Source of the DNA: an uncultured Alphaproteobacteria bacterium
Lineage (GTDB): Bacteria; Pseudomonadota; Alphaproteobacteria; Sphingomonadales; Sphingomonadaceae
DNA: 64,000 nucleotides
Assembly (NCBI GenBank): GCA_963707265.1
Contig: CAVPOZ010000004.1
Location: 1,228,577-1,292,576, forward strand
Reading direction: 5' to 3'
How positions within the stretch are numbered: position 1 is the stretch's first letter; every line of letters begins with the position of its first letter. A program made the translations under genes and the position numbers. A model generated the notes under the pieces. It was not told the origin of the DNA. It did not search any database and saw nothing but the letters and a program-made list of their open reading frames with translations. Positions 23,893 through 33,407 of this stretch are shown here, piece by piece.

Positions 23893-25094
23893 AGCTTGGC
23901 GATCGAACGGCTGCTTGCCGATGCCGAACGTTGCGGCGTCCGCTGGAGGGCAAGCGGGTAGCCCTGGTCGCGCATCCCGCCTCCGTCACTCGCGATCTGA
24001 CCCACAGCCTCGATGCGCTGGCGGCAGTCGACGGAATTCGCATGTCCGCGGCCTTCGGACCGCAGCACGGGCTTCGCGGCGACAAGCAGGACAATATGGT
24101 CGAAAGCCCGGATTTCATCGATCCGGAACATGAAATCCCGGTGTTCAGCCTTTATGGCGAGGTACGCCGCCCGACCGGCCAGTCGATGTCGACCTTCGAC
24201 GTCGTGCTGATCGACCTGCAGGACCTCGGCTGCCGCATCTACACCTTCATCACGACGCTGCTCTACATGCTCGAGGCTGCGGCCGAGCATGGCAAGTCGG
24301 TGTGGGTACTCGACCGGCCCAATCCAGCAGGCCGGCCGATCGAAGGGCTGACACTTCAGGCCCGGCTGGGAGAGCTTCGTCGGCGCCGGGCCGATCCCGA
24401 TGCGCCACGGGCTGACACTGGGCGAACTCGGCCACTGGTTCGTCGACCATTTCAAGCTCGACGTCGATTATCGCGTGATCGAGATGGAAGGGTATCGTCC
24501 TGACGAAGGCCCGGGCTTTGGCTGGCCGGCCGACCGCATCTGGGTCAACCCGTCGCCCAACGCCGCCAACCTCAACATGGCCCGCTGCTATGCCGGCACG
24601 GTGATGCTCGAAGGCGCGACGCTGAGCGAGGGCAGGGGCACCACCCGTCCGCTCGAGCTGTTCGGCGCGCCGGATATCGAAGCGCGGGCGGTGATCAAGG
24701 TCATGCGCGACCTGGCGCCGCAATGGCTGGAAGGCTGCATCCTGCGCGACATCTGGTTCGAGCCGACCTTCCACAAGCATGTCGGCCAGCTGTGCAGCGG
24801 CGTCCATATCCATGCCGAAGGCGACGGCTACGATCATCACGCGTTCAAGCCGTGGCGGGTCCAGGCGCTGGCCTTCAAGGCGATCCGCACCCTTTTCCCC
24901 GATTATGAGCTGTGGCGCGATTTCCCCTATGAATATGCGTTTGGAAAGCTTCCGATCGACGTCATCAACGGCTCGCCGCTGCTCTGCGCGAATGGGTCGA
25001 CGATCCCAATGCCGAGCCCGGCGACCTCGACGCAATAGCTTTGCCTGATGAGAAAGCATGGGCCGAGGAACGCGCAAACTTCCTGCTCTACTGA
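23889..25094 (+). CDS. namZ: Exo-beta-N-acetylmuramidase NamZ (DUF1343) family (indels)
   Basis: FGPQHGLRG, SLYG, DLQDLGCRIYTF, VLDRPNP, RHGLTLGE, PSPN, SEGRGTTRP. Confidence 0.88.
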
Positions 25095-25195
25095 CTTTCC
25101 CCCATGTTGCCGGATGCGGCGTTCCGACTAAGTTCGCCAGGTGCTCGCGAGTCCCTGCGGTGCAGACGATGCGTATCCGAACGGGATGGACCATC

Positions 25196-25708
25196 ATGAC
25201 ATCATTCGATCGCAAGGTAGCGCTGATAGCGCTTCTAACCGTTTCCACGGCATTCGCCGCATGCCAGCAAAAGCCGGCTGAGCCCGCCAAGGCCGAAGCG
25301 GCAGCCGCCGTTTCCGAGGTAGAGGCGACTGCGGCAGCCGATGCCACCCAGGCGGCGTGGACGACGATGGATGTCGCCAAGATCGAGGCGCCCTATTCGA
25401 AGGATGTCGTGGCATTCGACGCGGTCGATCCGCCGCTCTCCACCACTTGGGACAATTGGCACAAGCTGCAGCAGGGCTTTGCCGGGATGAAGTTCGTCAG
25501 CATCAGCGTTCCCGATCGCAAGATCCAGCTGCTCGACAGCGATACGTTCATCGTATCCGGCACAGGCACAATGACCGGCAATGGCGAATTGAAGTCGGCG
25601 ACGATGCGCTTCACCGACGTCTATCAGAAGCAGGCCGACGGCAAGTGGCTCATCGTAAACGAGCATGTTTCATTTGCCCCGGAGAAGGCAGCAGCTCCCG
25701 CCGGCTAA
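25196..25708 (+). CDS. NTF2/SnoaL-like (DUF4440) lipoprotein
   Basis: Lipobox-like FAAC; C-terminal RFTDVYQKQADGKWLIVNEHVS. Confidence 0.8.
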   Translation: MTSFDRKVALIALLTVSTAFAACQQKPAEPAKAEAAAAVSEVEATAAADATQAAWTTMDVAKIEAPYSKDVVAFDAVDPPLSTTWDNWHKLQQGFAGMKFVSISVPDRKIQLLDSDTFIVSGTGTMTGNGELKSATMRFTDVYQKQADGKWLIVNEHVSFAPEKAAAPAG

Positions 25709-25711
25709 AAG

Positions 25712-26894
25712 CTAGCGCTTCCGGCTAAGCTCCCGCATCGCCTCGTCGAGACCGTCGAGGGTGAGCGAATACATCCGCTCGTCCATCAGCCGCTTTAGGA
25801 TCGCGGTCGATGCGCTGTGCCCCCAATAGGCTTCGGGCGTCGGGTTGATCCACGCCGCGCTCGGATAGGCGTCGGTCAGCCGCTTCAGCCACACCGCGCC
25901 GGCCTCCTCGTTCATATGCTCGATCGATCCGCCGGCGTGGGTAATTTCATAGGGGCTCATCGACGCATCGCCGACAATCACCAGCTTATGGTCGCGGCCG
26001 AACTTGTGGATGACGTCATGGGTCGGCGTTTTCTCGACGTGGCGGCGACGATTGTCCTTCCACACGCCCTCGTAGATGCAATTGTGGAAGTAATAATGTT
26101 CGAGATGCTTGAACTCGGCGCGGCAGGCCGAAAACAGTTCCTCGGCGACCTTCACATGCCCATCCATGGATCCGCCGATGTCGAGGAATAGCAGTATCTT
26201 GACCGCATTGTGCCGCTCGGGCCGAAGCTTGACGTCAAGCCAGCCGCGCCGCGCGGTGCCGTCGATCGTGCCGTCGAGGTCCAGTTCCTCGGCCGCACCC
26301 TCGCGCGCGAAGCGGCGGAGGCGGCGAAGTGCGACCTTGATGTTGCGGGTACCCAGCTCTCGCTCGCCGTCGAGGTCGCGGAATTCACGCTTTTCCCAGA
26401 CCTTGATCGCCCGACCATGCTGCCCCGGCCCGCCGATGCGCACGCCTTCCGGATTATAGCCGCCATGGCCGAAGGGTGAGGTGCCGCCGGTACCGATCCA
26501 TTTGTTGCCGCCCTGGTGTCGGCCCTGTTGCTCGGCAAGCCGGTCCTTGAGCGCCTGCATGATCTCGTCCCAGGAGCCGAGGCTCTTGATCGCCTCCATC
26601 TGCTCCGGGGTCAGGTAAGCTTCGGCAACCAGGCGCAGCCATTCCTCGGGAATGTCGGCGCTTGATGTCCTCGCCTCCGGTCGCGACCAGTCCCTTGAAC
26701 ACCTCCGCGAACACCCGGTCGAACCGGTCGAGCTGGCTCTCATCATGAACAAAGGTGGCGCGGGCGAGATAGTAGAATTGCTCTGGCTCAGCACCGATCA
26801 CATCGGCATCGAGCGCCTCCAGGAGCAACAGATGCTCCTTTAGTGAGGCGGGGATACCGCCGCGACGGAGTGCTTCGACGAACCCGATGAACAT
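25712..26894 (-). CDS. vWA-domain (CoxE-like) MoxR partner protein (indel near 26660)
   Basis: HQGGNKWIGTGGTSPFG, MIDAS DIGGSM, YFHNC, VGDASMSPYE, WINP. Confidence 0.88.
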
Positions 26895-26990
26895 CGCTCC
26901 CCCTTGCCGCCGAGCCGGCGCGGAGTCGAGCAAACTCAACGCCGATGTTGGTTAACGAAAGAGTAGGGGTCTGGGGGTTACTGCAGCCCA

Positions 26991-28389
26991 ATGGCCACTC
27001 TTGGAATTGACGAAGGTACGGAAAGTGCGATTCGCGCGGTGGCGCGGGACTGCGGCTCGCTGTCGATCGAGTGCAGCGACGTCGCCGGCTATGTCGAAGG
27101 AGTGGCGGAACGGATCGGCGATCATTTGAAGCTGCTCGACACGCTCGAGGAAGTGACCACCCGGCTGCTCGCCGACCAGGCGCGCGTTTCCGATTCGACC
27201 GACGAGGCCCGGCTACTGTCCGAGCAGGCCAAGGCCAAGCTCGAAGCCGGTCGCGAAGCGATCGAGGGCACCATCGCCGGCTTCAAGGGGCTGACCGAGT
27301 TGGTTGTCCAGCTCGGCGAGCGGATGGCCGGCTTCGCTTCGGCGATGAACCAGGTGCAGACCGTTTCCTCGACCATCGAGGCGATCGCTCGCAAGACCAA
27401 CATGCTGGCCTTGAACGCGACCATCGAGGCCGCTCGTGCCGGCGATGCCGGTCGCAGCTTTGCGGTGGTTGCCGCCGAAGTGAAGAAGCTGGCACATGAC
27501 ACGCGCTCCGCGACCAGCCAGATCGCGTCGACCATCGGCGAGCTGACCCGCGAGGCGAGCGCCGTCACCAGCGAGATCAAGACCGGCGTCGAGCGCAGCC
27601 GCGCCGCCCAGTCGGGCTTTGGCCAGATCAGCGACACGGTCAAGGAAGTGACCGAGATCGTCGTCGATGGTCGACCGCCAGACCGAGGGCATCGCCCATT
27701 CGACCGCTGATCCAGACCAGCGTCGACCGGGTGAAGGCCGGCCTTTCCGACTTTGCCGGCGATGCGCGCGACAATGGTGGACAAGCTGATCAAGGCCCAG
27801 AAGCGCCTGAGCCACCTCGAAATGCTGTCGAACAACATGCTCGACACCCTCGCCAACTCCGGCGCCGAGATCGACGATACGCCGATGATCCTGCTCGCCC
27901 AGGAAATCGCAAGGCGGGTCGAGCGCATGGTTGACGAGGGAATTGCGCGCGGCGAAATCGGCCCGGCCGCAGTGTTCGATCAGGAGTACCGCCTGCAGCC
28001 CGGCTCCAATCCGCCGCAATATGACAATCAGCTTCAACGAATTCGCAGACCGGCACATCCGCCCGATCTTTGACGAGGTGATGGGCAGCAAGGCTGTGAT
28101 TGTTAGCAGCGACATGTCGGACATGAACGGCTATTTGCCGACTCATATCTCCGCGCGGAGCCAGCCGCAGGGTCCCGATCCGGTGTGGAATGACGCCCAT
28201 TGCCGCAACCGCCGCATCATCATGGACGACACGTCGCGCAAGGCGCTCGAAAGCGATCGGCCGTCGATGCTGTCCGCCTACCGGATCGAATTGGGCGATC
28301 GCTACATCCCGGTGAAGAACGTCTTCGTGCCGCTCCAATTCATGGGCCGGCGCTGGGGCAATTATGAACTTGCGTACCGCGATGATTGA
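26991..28389 (+). CDS. Soluble methyl-accepting chemotaxis protein, copy 1 (indels)
   Basis: [37 protein letters not shown]; no TM segment; C-terminal domain with NGYLPTH and CRNRRI. Confidence 0.88.
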
Positions 28390-28434
28390 AATGGACGGTT
28401 TAGGGTCGAGATGGGTGCGTCATTTTGGCCGTGG

Positions 28435-28449
28435 TTAACTCCGTTTTAG
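28435..28449 (+). promoter_or_regulatory. Putative CtrA box upstream of MCP copy 2
   Basis: TTAA-ctccgtt-TTAG vs consensus TTAA-N7-TTAA; related GGTTAAC half-site at 26950-26956 before copy 1. Confidence 0.55.
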
Positions 28450-28498
28450 CGAATGGCGGATAGGCCAGAGTCAACGGATTAGTGAGGATGTGCGGTAC

Positions 28499-29899
28499 AT
28501 GGCCACGCTCGGGATTGAGGAAATAACCGAAAACGCGATCCGCGCGGTGGCGCGCGACTGCGGCTCGCTGTCGATCGAGTGCAGCGACGTCGCCGGCTAT
28601 GTCGAAGGAGTGGCGGAGCGGATCGGCGAGCATCTGAAGGTGCTCGACACGCTGGAGGAAGTGACCACCCGGCTGCTCGCCGACCAGGCGCGCGTTTCCG
28701 ATTCGACCGACGAGGCCCGGCTGCTTTCCGAACAGGCCAAGGCCAAGCTCGAAGCGGGGCGCGAGGCCATCGAGGGCACCATCGCCGGCTTCAAGGGGCT
28801 GACCGAGCTGGTCGTCCAGCTGGGCGAGCGCATGGCCGGCTTCGCTTCGGCGATGAACCAGGTGCAGACCGTTTCCTCGACCATCGAGACGATCGCCCGC
28901 AAGACCAACATGCTGGCCTTGAACGCGACCATCGAGGCCGCCCGTGCCGGCGATGCCGGCCGCAGCTTCGCGGTGGTTGCCGCCGAAGTGAAGAAGCTGG
29001 CACATGACACGCGCTCCGCGACCAGCCAGATTGCCTCGACCATCGGCGAGCTGACTCGCGAGGCGAGCGCCGTGACGTCCGAGATCAAGACCGGCGTCGA
29101 GCGCAGCCGCGCCGCCCAGTCGGGCTTTGGGCAGATCAGCGACACGGTCAAGGAAGTGACCGAAATCGTCTCGATGGTCGATCGCCAGACCGAGGGCATC
29201 GCCCATTCGACCAGCCTCATCCAGACCAGCGTCGACCGGGTGAAGGCGGGCCTCAGCGACTTTGCCGGCGATGCGCGCGACAATGGCGGGCAAGCTGATC
29301 AAGGCCCAGAAGCGCCTGAGCCACCTCGAAATGCTGTCGAACAACATGCTCGACACGCTCGCCAATTCCGGCGCCGAGATCGACGACACGCCGATGATCC
29401 TGCTTGCCCAGGAAGCGATGCGGGCGATCATGACCGCCGTCGAGCAGGGCATCGATCGCGGGTGACATCAGCCTCGGAGAGGTGATGGACCGCAATTATG
29501 TGCTGATCGAAGGTTCGAACCCGCCGCAGTACAACAATGGCTTTGCCGATTTCGCCGACAAGCACGTCCGTCCGCTGCTCGATCGTTTCAAGGCGCGGGA
29601 TTCGCGGATCATCGGATCGGCGATCACCAACCTCGACGGTTATCTGCCGACCCACCTTTCGCGAGCGCTGCCATACGCCGGGGCCGGATCCGGTGTGGAA
29701 CGACGAACATTGCCGCAACAAGCGCATCTTCATGGACGAGACCACTCGCAAGGCCTGCGAGAGCGACAAGCCGGCGATGCTTGCTACCTACCGGATGGAG
29801 CTGGGCGACAAATATATCCCGGTGAAAAACGTGTTCGTTGCCTTGTTCTTCAAGGGCCGCCGCTGGGGCAATTTCGAGTTGGCTTACCGGGACGAATAA
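28499..29899 (+). CDS. Soluble methyl-accepting chemotaxis protein, copy 2 (indels)
   Basis: Tandem paralog of 26991-28389; same signalling hairpin; C-terminal DGYLPTH and CRNKRIF. Confidence 0.88.
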
Positions 29900-29902
29900 G
29901 TC

Positions 29903-30745
29903 TCAGACTTTCCGCCGCGCCATGAATGCCAGCCGTTCGAACAGCATCACGTCCTGCTCATTCTTGAGCAGGGCGCCGTGCAGCGGCGGGATCGCCTTGG
30001 TCGGGTCGCGATCCTGGAGCACTTCCAGCGGCATATCTTCGTGCAGAATCAGCTTCAGCCAATCCAATAGCTCGCTGGTCGACGGCTTCTTCTTGATCCC
30101 CGGTACATCGCGGACTTCGTAGAACAGATCGAGCGCCCGGCTGACCAGCATCTTCTGGATGCCGGGGAAATGGACCTCGACGATCTGCGTCATCGTGTCG
30201 CGGTCGGGGAAGCGGATGTAGTGGAAGAAGCAGCGGCGCAGGAAAGCGTCGGGCAGTTCCTTCTCGTTGTTCGAGGTGATGACCACGATCGGCCGGTCGA
30301 CGGCCTTCACCGTTTCGTTGGTCTCGTAGACATGGAACTCCATCCGATCGAGCTCCTGCAGGAGGTCGTTGGGAAACTCGATGTCGGCCTTGTCGATCTC
30401 GTCGATCAGCAGGACCGGCAGCTGGGGCGAGGTGAAGGCGTCCCATAGCTTGCCGCGCTTGATGTAGTTGCGGATGTCGTGAACCCGCTCGTCGCCGAGT
30501 TGCCCGTCGCGGAGCCGGGCGACCGCATCATATTCATAGAGGCCCTGGACGGCGCGGGTGGTCGACTTGATGTGCCATTCGATCAGCGGCGCGCCGAGCG
30601 CAGTGGCGATCTCATGGGCCAGGACGGTCTTGCCGGTGCCGGGCTCGCCCTTGACCAGAAGCGGGCGCCGCAGCTGGACCGCGGCATTGACCGCGACCTT
30701 GAGGTCGTCGGTCGCGACATATTCGGGAGTGCCTTCGAAACGCAT
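29903..30745 (-). CDS. MoxR-family AAA+ ATPase
   Basis: GEPGTGKT, LLIDEIDKAD, ITSNNEKELPDAFLRRC. Confidence 0.93.
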   Translation of the reverse strand: MRFEGTPEYVATDDLKVAVNAAVQLRRPLLVKGEPGTGKTVLAHEIATALGAPLIEWHIKSTTRAVQGLYEYDAVARLRDGQLGDERVHDIRNYIKRGKLWDAFTSPQLPVLLIDEIDKADIEFPNDLLQELDRMEFHVYETNETVKAVDRPIVVITSNNEKELPDAFLRRCFFHYIRFPDRDTMTQIVEVHFPGIQKMLVSRALDLFYEVRDVPGIKKKPSTSELLDWLKLILHEDMPLEVLQDRDPTKAIPPLHGALLKNEQDVMLFERLAFMARRKV

Positions 30746-30777
30746 TCTTCCGCCCTATGGGGCAGGGAAGCGATAGT

Positions 30778-31446
30778 CTAGTCGATGCGAGCTGCGGCGC
30801 GGGCTTCGAGCAGGTCGAACAGGCCGCGGTTCTGAAGCAGGAGCTGCTCTCCGCCGAAGCCGAGAGCGCGTTCGCTCGGCATGCCGTCGGTGCCATCGGC
30901 GATGACTCGGACGATCGAGTCCTGGTCGGGCAGAGTGAGGGCGGGTTTTTGCATGCCCATTCGATCGGCAGCGCGATCGAGGACCGAACGGATCGCGGAC
31001 CAGTCGGCCATCAGCGCCGTTGCTGCGCCGAGCGCGCAGCCGCGGCGTTCCGACTTTGCGAGTGTCTCGATGGCATGGCGCTGGGCCACCAGTGTCGCCT
31101 CGGTCTCCGCAGCGCCTGGCGTCGATGGCAGCGGTCCGACCGACGCGGTCAGGCGGACGAGGTAAAGCCGCTCGCGCTCGTAAGCGTCCGACGCCTCGCG
31201 CAGCCAATCGCGCACCGATCCGGCGGGGCAGTTGTTGAGGGCAAGCTCGATCAAGCCGGGATGGCGGCCGTAAAGCGAGCAGAAGAGATGGACGGCATCG
31301 GCCAGGTCCCGTGCGCTGTTGTGACCGGTCGCGCTGACCAGTGCGAGGCGATAGGGATGATCGGCCGAACCCTGGGCGTCGACCCGCGCAAGCTGCGCCT
31401 CGGCAGCAGTCATTACTGCCCGGTCGAATGCCTGATTGATCGCCAT
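30778..31446 (-). CDS. Conserved alpha-helical hypothetical protein (DUF6975-like)
   Basis: Intact 222-aa ORF with AGGAG RBS; motifs DAVHLFCSLYGRHPG, GPLPSTPG, SERRGCALGAA; family name from recall. Confidence 0.65.
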   Translation of the reverse strand: MAINQAFDRAVMTAAEAQLARVDAQGSADHPYRLALVSATGHNSARDLADAVHLFCSLYGRHPGLIELALNNCPAGSVRDWLREASDAYERERLYLVRLTASVGPLPSTPGAAETEATLVAQRHAIETLAKSERRGCALGAATALMADWSAIRSVLDRAADRMGMQKPALTLPDQDSIVRVIADGTDGMPSERALGFGGEQLLLQNRGLFDLLEARAAARID

Positions 31447-31644
31447 CCCGAGTTTCTCCTGTCTTGCGCTTTGGCTCTGGCGGTGAACCTTAGACGCCGC
31501 TTCTAACCCAAGGGCGTAAAGACAGGGTTTAGGAGCGCTTCATCTTTTGGTGAGCGAGATTAATTTTTGGCTCGAAACGGGACATTTTCGCATCTCGGCC
31601 ATGCCGGGGGCATGGCCGAAGGGCGAAAACGAGGAAGTGGAGGC

Positions 31645-31672
31645 GGATCCCGGGTCGTGGCCCGGGATGACG
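31645..31672 (-). repeat. CGTC-type REP element directly after pspC stop
   Basis: Reverse complement CGTCATCCCGGGCCACGACCCGGGATCC; same architecture as the 12312 element. Confidence 0.7.
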
Positions 31673-31673
31673 A

Positions 31674-31944
31674 TCAGGCGGCGAGGGCCAATTCGCTCGA
31701 CTCCGGCTGGCCGCCGAAGAGGTGCGGGAACGACTTCGTCCGGAGCGAACCAGCGGGAAGCTGCAACGACCGCGCCCAGAGCGAAATAGCTGCCGATCAC
31801 CGCGACCGGAGCGAAATAAACCATCACGGCCAGCGCGACGCGCAGCCAGTTGGGATGGAAGCCGAAATCCTGGCCGATTGCCTCGCACACGCCGAGGATA
31901 GTGTCGTTGCGGCCGACGAGGATGTTGGTGTTGGTATTCGGCAT
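31674..31944 (-). CDS. PspC-domain membrane protein (one indel near 3' end)
   Basis: RNDTILGVCEAIGQDFGFHPNWLRV followed by TM helix; probable true end ..ELALAA*. Confidence 0.82.
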
Positions 31945-31991
31945 TTTCGGTCCCTTTGGCGTAAGCGTTGAATGACTGATGCCAGACATTC

Positions 31992-32007
31992 AGCAAGAGC
32001 CGTGCCA
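31992..32007 (-). promoter_or_regulatory. Sigma54 (-24/-12) promoter of the pspC gene
   Basis: Minus strand TGGCAC-GGCTC-TTGCT, matching consensus, about 48 nt upstream of ATG. Confidence 0.85.
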
Positions 32008-32118
32008 AAGGGCTACAATGGCGAATTTCTGCAGTTTCTTTACCGGACGATGAAGTGCGGACGACGTACGAACTTGGGGTCGCCCGCCACGGGTTGGGAA
32101 ATTTCGCCAGCCCCGAAG

Positions 32119-32142
32119 CTGACCCGTTTGACTGTGTGGCGA
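32119..32142 (+). repeat. Direct repeat copy A (24 bp)
   Basis: CTGACCCGTTTGACTGTGTGGCGA; 22/24 identical to 33223-33246. Confidence 0.75.
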
Positions 32143-32215
32143 GTTTTGCCCTTTCCTGCCGCGGCAGGCAGACAAAGAATTCATAGCGTTCAAGCTTCAA
32201 ATCAGGAGACGTGGC

Positions 32216-32512
32216 ATGCGCCCCGGTAAAGCGATCCTTCTCCCAATCCTGGCTGCGGGGCTGATCGGCGCTTCCAGCGCGCCCGTCGCCCCCGGCAATC
32301 GCAAGGCATTTTGCCGGGGTGAGGTCAGCGGCATGTACGGAACCAAGCCGGTTTATGTGACAACCGGCAAGCTGCTCAGCGCGAAGGATGGATCGACGTC
32401 GGTCGGCGGCACGGTCGACAAGGGCAGCGAAGGCATCAAGAAATTCAAATGCCGCTTCGACACCAAGGGCCGCTTCATCGATGTCATGGCGATGACCCCC
32501 GACGGCGAGTGA
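32216..32512 (+). CDS. Small secreted two-Cys protein (YsaB-like)
   Basis: AGGAG RBS, signal peptide, FCRGEV..F.CRFD..GRF; family assignment tentative. Confidence 0.7.
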   Translation: MRPGKAILLPILAAGLIGASSAPVAPGNRKAFCRGEVSGMYGTKPVYVTTGKLLSAKDGSTSVGGTVDKGSEGIKKFKCRFDTKGRFIDVMAMTPDGE

Positions 32513-32680
32513 TGCTTGCGGACGGCGGGCCGTCATGGGAGGCGGGGAGGCCGTCACGCAGTAGATCCGTGACGTCAGTCGTGTCCCGCTGACGCGGGCA
32601 CGCTGGCCCGCTTTCGCCTTCTCTGCGCGCAGCTTGCTCGTGTCGAAACACGAGCTACGTTGCGCTCGGAGGCTCGAGTG

Positions 32681-33193
32681 ATGTTCGAACATTGGGGCGA
32701 ATTTTATCTTTTGGCGGGGTCGGCGGCGGCGGTGCTGATCGGGCTGATCTTCGTCGTCGTCACGTTGATGCAGGACAAGCCGCGATCGACCATGATGGCC
32801 GGATCGAAGCTCTACATGGGCCCGGTGGTGCTGCAGGTCAGCTTCGTGCTGGTGCTGAGCGCGACGGCACTGACTCCCGACATCGCGGGCAGGGACTATG
32901 CCGTGGTGGCGGCGGTGGTGGCGCTGTGGAGTCTCTATCGCGGGGTCCAGTCGACCGTCGGCATCCGGTCACTCTGCCTGGAGAATGAACCGCCGCACTG
33001 GACCGACATGTGGTTCTACGGCGTCATTCCGACCGTATTTTCGCTGGCACTTGCGGTCGTCGCCTGGGGCTTCTGGAGCGAAGCGGCATGGGCGGTGCAC
33101 GGTGTCGCAGTGGTCATCACCGGTATCCTGCTAATCTGCATCCGCAACGAATGGGACCTGGTGACCTGGCTGGCGCCAATGGGGAAAGACTGA
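32681..33193 (+). CDS. Multi-pass membrane protein of unknown function
   Basis: GGAGG RBS; W.EFYLLAGSAAAVLIGLIFVV; about 5 hydrophobic helices; ends IRNEWDLVTW. Confidence 0.8.
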   Translation: MFEHWGEFYLLAGSAAAVLIGLIFVVVTLMQDKPRSTMMAGSKLYMGPVVLQVSFVLVLSATALTPDIAGRDYAVVAAVVALWSLYRGVQSTVGIRSLCLENEPPHWTDMWFYGVIPTVFSLALAVVAWGFWSEAAWAVHGVAVVITGILLICIRNEWDLVTWLAPMGKD

Positions 33194-33222
33194 GCGATTT
33201 CGCTCCGCGACTAAGCTGGAGT

Positions 33223-33246
33223 CTGACCCGATTGACTGTCTGGCGA
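33223..33246 (+). repeat. Direct repeat copy B (24 bp)
   Basis: CTGACCCGATTGACTGTCTGGCGA. Confidence 0.75.
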
Positions 33247-33407
33247 CCTTGGGCGGCGATGCTGGGGTTATGCCCGATATGCAAGGGCAGTTCAGCGGAC
33301 CATTTACGAGCAAGCAGAGCCGCGCCTCGATAGAGGAATTTAGCGGTGCCTTTGGATTGAGATCACCCGATCTTCGTTGCAAGCAGGAGCCCATCATTGT
33401 GACAAGC

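Noticed and set aside
26991-29899. MCP duplication as an assembly artefact
   Set aside because: The copies differ by many synonymous changes and have distinct C-terminal domains and upstream regions.
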